Positions 26,990 through 38,618 of a stretch of 64,000 bases of DNA are shown here, piece after piece. The stretch is taken from positions 5,273-69,272 of the forward strand of contig JBJERU010000003.1 of NCBI GenBank assembly GCA_051882415.1, read 5' to 3'. The DNA is from Faecalibacterium sp. GTDB taxonomy: Bacteria > Bacillota > Clostridia > Oscillospirales > Ruminococcaceae. Numbering within the stretch: position 1 is the stretch's first letter; the number at the start of each line of letters is the position of its first letter. A program made the position numbers and the translations under genes. Under the pieces are notes generated by a model that did not search any database, was not told the origin of the DNA, and saw nothing but the letters and a program-made list of their open reading frames with translations.

Positions 26990-29692
26990 ATGTTCAGCCA
27001 TTTGCTGCGGCAGATCGTTCTGTCGATCGGCGTGGTGTTCCGCACGATCCGGGCGTTCTTCGTCCGGCAGATCTATACCGTGTTCGCACGGGTCAAAAGC
27101 GCGACCAGCCTGACGCGTCAGGCTTCCAAAATCGCGCCCCAGCTCCTGAAAACAGCGTCGGCTGCCGGGCAGAAGCCGACCCGTCGGGAGGACTATGTGG
27201 AAACGGGCCAGCTGTACATCGCAAAGTCGCTGATCGTCATGGTGGTCATCGGCCTGATCCTGCTGGCTCTGCTGTTCCGCTTTGCGGCCTGGCCGCTGCT
27301 GTGCCGCTGGTTCTTTACGATGAAGTTCTGGGAACAGGATAAGGCGCTGGCAGACCACACCGGAAAGGTCATCGTTTACTATGACGCGGAAAAGACACAG
27401 CCGCAGTTCAAAGGGGCTGTAAAGGACGGGACTTTGCAGGGCAGGGCCGAGCAGTATGCCCCGGATGGTCAGATCCTCTATGCAGGGAACTTTGTCGATG
27501 GTCTGTATGAAGGCGAAGGCGTGCTTTATCAGGATGGACAAAAGCTCTATGAAGGCACCTTTGCCGGAGGGCTTTACAGCGGGAGCGGCAAGCTTTATGA
27601 GAATGACCTGCTCGTTTATGACGGCAGCTTTTCCGAGGGCCTGTACGATGGGAGCGGTACGCTGTTCCAGGATGGGCAGTGCATCTACGAGGGCGGGTTC
27701 CTTTCGGGAGAACGCAGCGGCATCGGCACGGCCTACCGCAGCGGAGAGCTGCTCTATGAGGGAGAATTTGCGCGTGACCAGTACAACGGCACCGGCACAG
27801 CCTACCGCAGCGGCGCACTGTACTATAAAGGCGGGTTCCGGGACGGCCTTTTCGACGGAGAAGGGACCGAATATTATTCGGACGGTTCAGTCCGCTACCG
27901 GGGCGGCTTTTCCGAGGGCTTGTACTGCGGCAGCGGCGTTTTGAACCGCCGGGATGGGACGACGATCCGCGGGAACTTTGAGGCCGGGCAGACGGTGGGA
28001 GAAGCGACCTGCGAAAAAGAACAGATACAATATTACCGCGGCCTGCTGAGCGGCTTCTGGCCGAATATCGCGGGCACCTTTCTGGATCCTGTGGGCAAGG
28101 AGCTGTACTGCGGCGCGGTGGCAGCCGGCGCCCCGGATGGCGGCGCCCTGCTCTCTCTGCCGGTCAGTGAGCTGCGGGAGCTGCTGGGCGGCTCACTGGA
28201 GGAAACGCTGGGAGACAGCGGCTTCGTCCTCTCGGTGCGCGGCCTGGGGCTGTCCTTCTCCTGCTCGTTTGCGCAGCAGGATGCGGAGGCGGCGGTGAAG
28301 GCCATGTATCTGTATCCGGGCGGGACACAGACGCTGCTGTGGGACAGCGCGGCGGGCTTTGCCCGGGCTGCGGCGGCAAGCGGGCTGTCCCTGTCCGAGC
28401 CGACCCGTCTGCGGGGCAGGCCGAAGCTCCCGGAGGGTGTGCCGGTCATGGTGACAAAAAACTGGTATGCGGTGGAATATTCCCTGGAAAATGGAACCCT
28501 CCGTCTGTGGAGCGAGACGGAGGACGGGGCGCTGGCTCTGGCCGAGTGGACGTCCGGGGACGCGGGATCGGATGAAAAATGGGTCGTTCTGGAAGGGAGT
28601 GCTTCCGGCGGAGAAAGCGCTGCCAGCGCAGCGCTGAGCGGGTTGTTGAACCGTCTGGGGCTGGCAAAGGAGAGCGCGGCCGCCGCTGCGGTGGACAATC
28701 CCTTCTGCGGCGGAGAAGATCCGGCGCAGCTTCTGACGCTGGCAAAGGAAAGCGGCCAGCTCTATCCTGTGCTGGAAGCGGCGGCAGAATACCTCCGCAG
28801 CGCGGAGGATCTTGCCGCCGTACAGGAGAACGCGGCGCTCTGCTATGAGCTTCTGGATGATGAAAAAGCGCTGCTGCTGGCAGGCCGGGGCGATGAGGCG
28901 CGGCTGGAAACACTGGAACAGCAGTGCGCGGAGCTGGAGCTGCGGCAGGAGCAGGACACCGTCGAGCTGCGCCGCCAGACGCTGGCAGTCAAAAGCATGA
29001 CCGGCGCGGATCTGAGCGCCTACGATCTCCAGACCCTGCCGGTGGCCTTCCGCGTCTCGGAGCTGGACGCCGACGGGCTGGGCAAGGCCCTGATCCGTCA
29101 GGCGCAGCGCACAGCCGCCGCGCAGCTGCTGGGCAAGGACGGCACACAGACTGTGTCCCGCGTCGATGAGCAGGCGATCCTGGATCAGATGGAGCTGGAG
29201 CTTCTGGAACTGGATCTGGCGTATCAGAAGATCGGGCAGGCCCGCGACCGCTATGTATCTGCGCTGGACAGCCGGTCGAAGCGGGAACGGGAGTATGCCG
29301 TGGGCGCAGCGGAAGAACGCCAGGTGAAAGAGGCCCGGATGGAAGAAAATACCCGGCGCGCCGCGCTTTATGACGCGCTGCTGACCTTTACCCGGCAGGC
29401 CGCCGCGCTGGATGAGCGCGCGGGCGGCTGGATCGCCCGGGAATATGACTGGTATGCGGACATCCTGTCGGCGGCAGCCGAAAGCTCCGGTGCACAGGAC
29501 GGCGGCAGCGCCGTTCCTGCTGGCACGGCAGAGACAACAAGCCCCGCCGGAGGCATGCCGGACCAGGCTGCGGGCACGGATATGCCCGATGGCGCTGCCT
29601 CTGGCAAGGAGGATGCGCCGCCTTATCAGGGGCTGCTCGACCAGGTGATGGACTTTGCGCAGGGGCTGCTTCCCGGCAAGGATAAGACATAA
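26990..29692 (+). CDS. Membrane-anchored MORN-repeat protein with TolC-like helical C-terminus
   Basis: TM helix at about residues 78-105, roughly nine YxGxFxxGxxxGxG repeats, two long helical hairpins with an outer-membrane-efflux-like pattern. Confidence 0.8.
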   Translation: MFSHLLRQIVLSIGVVFRTIRAFFVRQIYTVFARVKSATSLTRQASKIAPQLLKTASAAGQKPTRREDYVETGQLYIAKSLIVMVVIGLILLALLFRFAAWPLLCRWFFTMKFWEQDKALADHTGKVIVYYDAEKTQPQFKGAVKDGTLQGRAEQYAPDGQILYAGNFVDGLYEGEGVLYQDGQKLYEGTFAGGLYSGSGKLYENDLLVYDGSFSEGLYDGSGTLFQDGQCIYEGGFLSGERSGIGTAYRSGELLYEGEFARDQYNGTGTAYRSGALYYKGGFRDGLFDGEGTEYYSDGSVRYRGGFSEGLYCGSGVLNRRDGTTIRGNFEAGQTVGEATCEKEQIQYYRGLLSGFWPNIAGTFLDPVGKELYCGAVAAGAPDGGALLSLPVSELRELLGGSLEETLGDSGFVLSVRGLGLSFSCSFAQQDAEAAVKAMYLYPGGTQTLLWDSAAGFARAAAASGLSLSEPTRLRGRPKLPEGVPVMVTKNWYAVEYSLENGTLRLWSETEDGALALAEWTSGDAGSDEKWVVLEGSASGGESAASAALSGLLNRLGLAKESAAAAAVDNPFCGGEDPAQLLTLAKESGQLYPVLEAAAEYLRSAEDLAAVQENAALCYELLDDEKALLLAGRGDEARLETLEQQCAELELRQEQDTVELRRQTLAVKSMTGADLSAYDLQTLPVAFRVSELDADGLGKALIRQAQRTAAAQLLGKDGTQTVSRVDEQAILDQMELELLELDLAYQKIGQARDRYVSALDSRSKREREYAVGAAEERQVKEARMEENTRRAALYDALLTFTRQAAALDERAGGWIAREYDWYADILSAAAESSGAQDGGSAVPAGTAETTSPAGGMPDQAAGTDMPDGAASGKEDAPPYQGLLDQVMDFAQGLLPGKDKT

Positions 29693-29707
29693 AAGGATGG
29701 AACAGCG

Positions 29708-30316
29708 ATGGCAGATTATACGGCGCTCTATGAAACAGGGAACAGTCTGGTGGAGCTTTTGCGGGCAAATCTGACGCCCGAGCCGATCAGCAAGCGGGAG
29801 CTGATCTCCCTTGGCTCTCCGCTCCAGAACGAGAACAGCCAGATGACCGTCTATCTCTTTCATATCGAGGAGGATGTCCAGAGCGGAAATCGGGGCTATG
29901 TGCCCATTTCACGCGGGACCGAACGGATGAGCCCTACCAGCCTGACCGCAAGCTTCCTCATCACGGCGCATTCCAAGGCGCCGCTGCTGATGCGGGAGCC
30001 GGATCAATATCGGATGATCGGCGCGGCCATCCAGACCATCAAGGACACGCCGATCCTGCCGACGGGATATCTGAACGGCTCGCTGGAACAGAGCGGCGCG
30101 GAGCTGCGCCTGCTGCTGGAACGCCCCAGCTTTGACCAGATGCTGAAGATCTGGAACAGCACCTCCACACCCTATAAGCTGTCCATCGTGGTGCGGGTCA
30201 CGGGCATCCAGATCGACTCCAGACGCACGCGGAGCATCCGCCGTGTCACGGAGGTGGAGATCGGGACGGCTCAGCGCCCGCAGAGGCTGGAACTGGAACA
30301 GGAGGAAACAAGATGA
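29708..30316 (+). CDS. Pvc16/Afp16-like cap (DUF4255)
   Basis: SLVELL, VYLFHIEED, FLITAH, KIW....PYKLSI pattern; synteny. Confidence 0.88.
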   Translation: MADYTALYETGNSLVELLRANLTPEPISKRELISLGSPLQNENSQMTVYLFHIEEDVQSGNRGYVPISRGTERMSPTSLTASFLITAHSKAPLLMREPDQYRMIGAAIQTIKDTPILPTGYLNGSLEQSGAELRLLLERPSFDQMLKIWNSTSTPYKLSIVVRVTGIQIDSRRTRSIRRVTEVEIGTAQRPQRLELEQEETR

Positions 30317-31026
30317 TCCGGATTCGTCTGAGCACGATCCTCTATGTGCGGGACGGTTTTACAGGGCTTGTGCCCGCGTGGGGAGCGCTGCGCTGCACGG
30401 TGGATGGGCGGCCTTTCCGTCCGCTGGTCAGGGAAGGCGGAGCTTACCTGTTCCTGGATCTGGAGGAAGGCCCGCATACCTTCGTCCTGACCGGGCTGCA
30501 TTACCAGCCGGAGCGCCTGTTGCTGGAGCAGGGCTGCCGGGAGGCTGTAGTGACCATGAAACCGGACGATACCTATCCCTTTGGCCGGGAATGCCCCCGG
30601 CTTTGCGTCCGGCTGCCGGCGGCAGGGGCAGAGCTTTGGGTCGCGGCCGTGAACGCGCGGACGGAGCTGAAGCTTGCACAGTCCGGCGCGGCGGCGGGAG
30701 ACCAGGGGGTGCAGCTGTTCTGCCGCGAAAGCGCCCGACGGATGGCGCTGCCGCGGGATTATCTGCTGGCGGATCCCGCCGCGCCCGAGGTGTGCCGGAT
30801 CGGAGAGCTGGGGATGAACGCGCCGACGCTGCTGTCCCAGCCGCTGGAACATGGGCACAAGCGGGGCTGCGGACTCTATCCGGCACAGTGCTGCCAAGCC
30901 GATGCGGAAGGATTTGTCCGGACGGCATTCCCCGAACCGGGAGAGGCGGTGCTGTACCGCCCCGGCATGCCACTGATGACGCTGGCATTGCAGATGGGAC
31001 TCAACACGCTGGAGCTGTCCGGCTGA
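30313..31026 (+). CDS. Hypothetical eCIS protein (beta-rich, follows Pvc16)
   Basis: ATGA overlap with the cap gene; DGFTG, GAYLFLDL, P...YP motifs as in genes at this position. Confidence 0.7.
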   Translation: MIRIRLSTILYVRDGFTGLVPAWGALRCTVDGRPFRPLVREGGAYLFLDLEEGPHTFVLTGLHYQPERLLLEQGCREAVVTMKPDDTYPFGRECPRLCVRLPAAGAELWVAAVNARTELKLAQSGAAAGDQGVQLFCRESARRMALPRDYLLADPAAPEVCRIGELGMNAPTLLSQPLEHGHKRGCGLYPAQCCQADAEGFVRTAFPEPGEAVLYRPGMPLMTLALQMGLNTLELSG

Positions 31027-31043
31027 AAAGAAAGGAAACGACG

Positions 31044-31406
31044 ATGGGAGCAAATCCGATCACGGAAACGTCTCTGCTGACCTGTTCGTTCGGGTCGGCT
31101 CCGGCAAGCCTGAACGTGACCAGCCAGCCGCTGGTCAAGATGTGCGGCATGAAGGCCGGGACCATCCTGGACAACAAACCGCTGATGTTCGGTACCTGCG
31201 TCAGCCCCGCGAACCCGGAGTTCGCCCTCACGGGCAAGCCTGCGGTCTGTGTGGGCGCGGCGCAGATCTCCGCGCCGTGGATCAGCAGCTCTACCGTGCG
31301 GATCTGCGGCAGGCCCGCCATCCACAAGGACTGCAAGCTGATCTGCAATTACGGCGGCGTCATCCAGGCCAGCATGACGCCGGCCATGCTGGTCAGGCTG
31401 GGCTGA
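31044..31406 (+). CDS. DUF4280 PAAR-like spike tip protein
   Basis: LTCSFGSAP, FGTCVS, PW, CKLICNYGGVI; start at ATG 31044 after AAAGGA. Confidence 0.92.
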   Translation: MGANPITETSLLTCSFGSAPASLNVTSQPLVKMCGMKAGTILDNKPLMFGTCVSPANPEFALTGKPAVCVGAAQISAPWISSSTVRICGRPAIHKDCKLICNYGGVIQASMTPAMLVRLG

Positions 31407-31425
31407 ACACAGAGGAGGAAGCAGG

Positions 31426-33567
<2,142 letters not shown>

Positions 33568-33603
33568 GGCCTGATGCATGCAGATCGAAAATGAGGAATA
33601 TCA

Positions 33604-35628
33604 ATGAAACCGGAAAAGATGAGGAAAGCAAAGCTCCCGCCGCTGCGTCTCAAGACCAAGATCAATTTTCTGTTCGTGCTGTTTGCGGTCATCGTGGGCA
33701 TCCTGCTGTATGTGTGCAGCAACCTGGTCCTTCTGGCAGTTTCGGCCAAGGGGTATTGGGACACTGCCCTGAGCACGGCCTATATCGTGGCGGATGCGCT
33801 GCGCACCGCAGACATCGAACAGAGCATCCTGAACATGGAGCAGAACGAAGCCTATGAAGAAGCGTTCCAGAAGGTGAAGATGTACCAGAAGGTACTGTAC
33901 ATGCACGACGTGGTGGTTTTTGTTCCGGGCAGCAATTCGTATCAGATCTATATGGCCGCGCAGGACGAGGAGGAGGGCGAGGCGCTGGGATTCGGCATGA
34001 CCTTCCCCTATCAGGAGCTGCACTATGAGTATCTTCTGCCGCTGGTGGAAAAGGGTGTGGCGCTGGACTACCCGGTCTTCAAGGCGGAGAACCAATATCA
34101 CGAGATCTCGGGCCTGGGCGGGATCGAGGTCTGTGCCTGGGCGCCGGTCAAGGACAGCAGGGGAAGGGTGATCGCCATGGTGGAGGCAGATTTGACCTTC
34201 GCTCAGGCCCTGCGCGATGCACAGCCCTTTATCTCGGCGATGATGATCCTTTATGCCGTGGTCACAGTTCTGTACGGCGCTATCCAGATCACCGTGGTAC
34301 GTCGGATGATCCTTCGGCCGCTCCAGAAGGTCACTGCGCGCGCCAAAAACTTTGCCGCCGGGGAGACGCTGGGGGCTTTTGACAACGATATCCAGACCGG
34401 GGACGAGCTTCAGACCCTGAATGAAGCACTGGAAAAGATGGCAGAGGACATCGTCCGCTATACCGAGCGCCAGGCCGATATCATGGCAGATGAAGAACGC
34501 ATCGCCGCCGAATTGAAGGTGGCGTCGGAGATCCAGCGCTCCCTGCGCCCGGAGCAGCCTGAGCCGTTCCTGCAAAAGTATGGCTTCTGGCTGGGCGAGC
34601 ATCTGGTGGGCGCGGCGGAGTACGACGGGGATTTCTACGATTATATCCCGCTGGATGACGCGCGGCTGGCCATCGTGCTGTGCAGCATCGACTCCAACGG
34701 GCTGGGCGCGGCGGTCAAGCTGCTGTCCGCCCGCACCATCATCCGCGGCCAGCTGCTGGGCGGCGTCAGTCTGGAACAGGCCATGTGCCGCATCAACCGT
34801 CAGCTCTACCAGATGCTCCAGAACAGCGGCCCCATCCGGGTGTTCGTGGGCGTCCTGGATGGAGAGCACAGCACACTGACCTATATCAATGCGAACAGCA
34901 GCGCGCCCATCCTGATGTGCCGCGGCCAGGCGTACACCATGCTTCCCGGACCGGGCTACGCCCCGGTCGGGCAGGTGGAGAACATCTCGTATCAGGAGCA
35001 GCGGGTGTTCCTCCAGCAGGGGGATCGGCTGCTGTGGTATTCCGATGGTGTGCTGGATGCCCTGGATGAAGAAGGCCGCCCGTTGGGGGTGGATGGCCTC
35101 AAGCAAGTGCTGAGCCGCAGGCGTGTCAAGGACGCCCGGCAGCTTTTGGAAGAGCTGAGCGCGCCCGGCGGCGTGCTGAAGGATCTTTTTGGGGGTTGTA
35201 CGCTGATCCTTTTGGAATGCCGCAGCACCAACAGGGAGCGGGCACAGCTCCGTGTGGCCCCGGAAGAAGAGCACCGGGAAGAAGTCCTTTTCTTTGTAAA
35301 GGAGCAGCTGGAGCTGCGGGGCGTTCTGAACCGGGAACGCGCGCAGATGCTGGTCTGTGCGGAGGAGCTGTTCTCCATCTTCTGCCGCTATACGCAGCGG
35401 GGCATGATCGAGGTGAGCTGCGCGCCAGAGAAAGACCGCGCAGTTTTGCGGTTCATCGCAGACCTGAATGGCCTTGACCCCTTTGAGCACGATGCGGGCG
35501 AGCTGATGGAAAATGCCGTGCAGTATATCCGCAAGTACAGCGGGAGCGCATCCTCCCGCATCTTGTACGGCCATACCATCGTGGAGATCACGGCAAAGGA
35601 TGCGTCGGCACAGACGCAGGCAGAATAA
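33604..35628 (+). CDS. Membrane sensor with HAMP, SpoIIE/PP2C-like and RsbW-like domains (catalytic motifs degenerate)
   Basis: Two TM helices, HAMP (TGDELQTL), ERIAAELKVASEIQ linker, GDFYD, GDRLLWYSDG, C-terminal HATPase_c_2-like EE helix. Confidence 0.85.
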   Translation: MKPEKMRKAKLPPLRLKTKINFLFVLFAVIVGILLYVCSNLVLLAVSAKGYWDTALSTAYIVADALRTADIEQSILNMEQNEAYEEAFQKVKMYQKVLYMHDVVVFVPGSNSYQIYMAAQDEEEGEALGFGMTFPYQELHYEYLLPLVEKGVALDYPVFKAENQYHEISGLGGIEVCAWAPVKDSRGRVIAMVEADLTFAQALRDAQPFISAMMILYAVVTVLYGAIQITVVRRMILRPLQKVTARAKNFAAGETLGAFDNDIQTGDELQTLNEALEKMAEDIVRYTERQADIMADEERIAAELKVASEIQRSLRPEQPEPFLQKYGFWLGEHLVGAAEYDGDFYDYIPLDDARLAIVLCSIDSNGLGAAVKLLSARTIIRGQLLGGVSLEQAMCRINRQLYQMLQNSGPIRVFVGVLDGEHSTLTYINANSSAPILMCRGQAYTMLPGPGYAPVGQVENISYQEQRVFLQQGDRLLWYSDGVLDALDEEGRPLGVDGLKQVLSRRRVKDARQLLEELSAPGGVLKDLFGGCTLILLECRSTNRERAQLRVAPEEEHREEVLFFVKEQLELRGVLNRERAQMLVCAEELFSIFCRYTQRGMIEVSCAPEKDRAVLRFIADLNGLDPFEHDAGELMENAVQYIRKYSGSASSRILYGHTIVEITAKDASAQTQAE

Positions 35629-35643
35629 AAAGGAGGAGCCGGC

Positions 35644-36135
35644 ATGCAGGAATATGTACAGCAGCGCAAGCGTCCGGGCACGCTCCCGCCGTCCTTTCGC
35701 GGCGCGGAGACGGCCCGCAGCGTCCCCAACAGCGCAAGGCTGGCTGCATCGGAGACACAGGCCAGCCCCTACAGCGACGCGCTGCGGGAAAAATTTGCCC
35801 GACACCAGATCCCTTCGGCGGAGCGGGAGGCCGACCGCCTTTCGCAGGGCCTTACGGCACAGACGCCGGAGCAGGTGCGCCAGCAGCTGGGCGAACGGCT
35901 GGGCGCGGATTTCAGCGGGGTACGATTCCATACGGACGCGGCCTCGGCGGGCCGGGCGGAAAGCATCGGCGCGCGTGCCTTTGCCACCGGGCGGGACGTC
36001 TACTTCGGGCAGGGCGGCTTTGACGCGGGCGTTGCCGCCCATGAGCTGGTGCACACCGTGCAGCAGGGCGTGGTGCCCGCTGCGGTGCCGACCGTCTCCG
36101 CCCCGGTGGGCGAGGTGCAGATGATGCCCAAGTGG
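35644..36135 (+). repeat. 492-bp near-identical direct repeat, copy 1 (cargo N-terminus)
   Basis: Matches 38127-38618; the only difference seen is CAG/CAA at codon 7. Confidence 0.95.
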
Positions 36136-37989
36136 TTAAAGAAAGTCGGAGGCGGCATCGCAGATGCGGCGGCGGAATTGCACAGGCTGACCCTTGGCAA
36201 GCTCAAGCGCAGCCATGCCCGCGCCGAGGAAGATTTGCTCCGAAGTAAAAAGGATGGTACATGGGATAAGATCGGCTGGTGGAACAAAACCCGGTTTGCA
36301 GTCAAGAACCCGCTGGTATTCCTCAAGAATTTCAGAGACAAGGATGTAGACAGGCGGTATAACAACCTGGTGGACGAAAGCCGCTGGGACAATGAGGAAG
36401 CCATTGCACAGATCCTGTCCCAGAACCGTCGGACAGTTCTGGACTGGAAGCAGGAGGACGAACCGGCAGGCGGCCAGCAGGCGCAGCCGGACGCGCAGGT
36501 TCAGGAAAATGCGCAGGCGCAGCCTGCTCCCCAAAAGCTGGCCAGGCGCCCGCAGGATGCCGGATACGAAAAGGCATGGGGACTGCTGACCGAACAGGTG
36601 AAAGGGGACAGCGTCCACATCCGCGAGGGCCTGGAGCATCTGGGCGGGATCAAGGGCGACAAGCAGGATTCTATCATGGATCAGATCGGCCTTGGCAAAG
36701 CCTATTATGACCTGGGCACGGGTGCTTTACAGGGAGTGACCCGTTCCATCGGAGACCTGGCGCGGAACGGCAGAAAGCTGCAAAACTCTTTTGCCTCGGG
36801 CGTTAAGGGCAGCACCACCGAAGCCGCTGCCAATCTGCTTTCGAGCGGCCTGAAGGGGGCGTCCAGTACCTTCAATACGGTCAAGGCCGGTGTGAGGATT
36901 TTTGGCGGCAAGGATCGGGCGAACGCACTGGGGGTCGTCCCGGTGCCGAAACTTCTGAGCAAAGACACCATCCTCGGCAAAGCACTGGGGACTGGGGACA
37001 AGGGGCTGGGCGTCAGCAGCATTCTGAGCACCGCCTCTGCGGGCCTGGGCATGGCTAAGAGCGTTGGACAGTTTGCCTCGAATGCGGGCATCCACAGCAA
37101 GACCAAAAAGATCAATGAGGAGTTTAAGGAACTCTATCAGGATCTGAGAGGCGTTGGCAGGCCGCTGGCTGAAGTTTCTGCGGAAGCTCCCCTCGGCACT
37201 GTGGAGAACCAGCATGTGCGCAAAATGTTCCAAAGCTCGCTGCTGGCGCGCAGTACCGCCAAGGGCAAGATGATCGGCGCAGGCTTTGATTTTGTGGACA
37301 ACGCGGCCACCGTTGGCGGCAACTTTGTGCCCCCATTTTTCAAACCTCTGGTCAAAGTGGGAAAGGCGCTGGTGTCGTTTACCAAGGATCTGATCGTGGA
37401 CAAGGTAAAAAAGAATACAAACAAGCAGCTGCTGAACGATGAACTGGGAATGGATTCTCAGGTGCAGGCGGCGGCGCGGATGATGCTTGCCCGCAAAAAT
37501 GATTTTGCCCGGAGCGTGGCGGAGATGGATGACCGCGAGGCGCCGGAGGATGTGACCCTGGAGAATATGGGGCGCGTCGAAAGGAACGAGCTTCTGCGCA
37601 AGGCCAAGCACGCGGTGCTCAAATCCTACGGCTTCAAGAGCGGCAAGCGCAGCGAGGCGGTCGGCAACCTGATCCTGGAACGCAGCAAATATCTGGCACA
37701 GCAGGCCAACGATGCCCAGAACAATGGACAGAGCGGCGAGGAGGCCAAGAAACTGGTAAAGGCGATGCGGGTCGGCCGCGTGAAGGACAGCGAAGGCAAC
37801 AAGAGCTATCAGGCCAGCGATATCGCCACACGGATGGGTCTGGAGGGCGGCAAAGCGGGCCTGGATCTTATCAAGCAGAGCCGCGGCAGCACCATCCAGT
37901 ATTACGCCAATACCGGAACCGGATTTCTGGACAGCCTGCGCTCCTTCTTCTGGGGCGCGCCCATGGTGAAGCGCAAAAAGAAAAACTGA
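35644..37989 (+). CDS. DUF4157 (eCIS core domain) protein 1, putative cargo/effector
   Basis: AEREAD, LGADFSGVRFHTD, IGARAFATGRDVYF, AHELVHTVQQ; unknown Gly/Ala/Lys-rich helical C-terminus. Confidence 0.9.
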   Translation: MQEYVQQRKRPGTLPPSFRGAETARSVPNSARLAASETQASPYSDALREKFARHQIPSAEREADRLSQGLTAQTPEQVRQQLGERLGADFSGVRFHTDAASAGRAESIGARAFATGRDVYFGQGGFDAGVAAHELVHTVQQGVVPAAVPTVSAPVGEVQMMPKWLKKVGGGIADAAAELHRLTLGKLKRSHARAEEDLLRSKKDGTWDKIGWWNKTRFAVKNPLVFLKNFRDKDVDRRYNNLVDESRWDNEEAIAQILSQNRRTVLDWKQEDEPAGGQQAQPDAQVQENAQAQPAPQKLARRPQDAGYEKAWGLLTEQVKGDSVHIREGLEHLGGIKGDKQDSIMDQIGLGKAYYDLGTGALQGVTRSIGDLARNGRKLQNSFASGVKGSTTEAAANLLSSGLKGASSTFNTVKAGVRIFGGKDRANALGVVPVPKLLSKDTILGKALGTGDKGLGVSSILSTASAGLGMAKSVGQFASNAGIHSKTKKINEEFKELYQDLRGVGRPLAEVSAEAPLGTVENQHVRKMFQSSLLARSTAKGKMIGAGFDFVDNAATVGGNFVPPFFKPLVKVGKALVSFTKDLIVDKVKKNTNKQLLNDELGMDSQVQAAARMMLARKNDFARSVAEMDDREAPEDVTLENMGRVERNELLRKAKHAVLKSYGFKSGKRSEAVGNLILERSKYLAQQANDAQNNGQSGEEAKKLVKAMRVGRVKDSEGNKSYQASDIATRMGLEGGKAGLDLIKQSRGSTIQYYANTGTGFLDSLRSFFWGAPMVKRKKKN

Positions 37990-37997
37990 TATATCCC

Positions 37998-38064
37998 GGC
38001 CCACACGGATGTGTGGGCTGTGTGAAAAGCTTTTTCGGTTCCTTTTTCTCGAAAAAGGAACAAA
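37998..38064 (+). repeat. Two-hairpin intergenic element, copy 2
   Basis: GGCCCACAC-GGAT-GTGTGGGCT hairpin, then 42 bp identical to 3739-3780. Confidence 0.88.
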
Positions 38065-38126
38065 CTCCCTGCTTTATAAATGAACCGTGGAAGTGATCGG
38101 GCGTCTATCGCCCAAAAGGAGCCTTT

Positions 38127-38618
38127 ATGCAGGAATATGTACAGCAACGCAAGCGTCCGGGCACGCTCCCGCCGTCCTTTCGCGGCGCGGAGACGGCCCG
38201 CAGCGTCCCCAACAGCGCAAGGCTGGCTGCATCGGAGACACAGGCCAGCCCCTACAGCGACGCGCTGCGGGAAAAATTTGCCCGACACCAGATCCCTTCG
38301 GCGGAGCGGGAGGCCGACCGCCTTTCGCAGGGCCTTACGGCACAGACGCCGGAGCAGGTGCGCCAGCAGCTGGGCGAACGGCTGGGCGCGGATTTCAGCG
38401 GGGTACGATTCCATACGGACGCGGCCTCGGCGGGCCGGGCGGAAAGCATCGGCGCGCGTGCCTTTGCCACCGGGCGGGACGTCTACTTCGGGCAGGGCGG
38501 CTTTGACGCGGGCGTTGCCGCCCATGAGCTGGTGCACACCGTGCAGCAGGGCGTGGTGCCCGCTGCGGTGCCGACCGTCTCCGCCCCGGTGGGCGAGGTG
38601 CAGATGATGCCCAAGTGG
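38127..38618 (+). repeat. 492-bp near-identical direct repeat, copy 2
   Basis: Matches 35644-36135, ending at ...CAGATGATGCCCAAGTGG. Confidence 0.95.

Noticed and set aside
30243-31043. 387-aa extended PAAR ORF
   Set aside because: Upstream part overlaps the real gene 30313-31026; PAAR domain starts at ATG 31044 with its own SD.
35644-38618. 492-bp repeat as an insertion sequence
   Set aside because: In-frame coding N-terminus of two genes; no transposase, terminal inverted repeats or target duplication.
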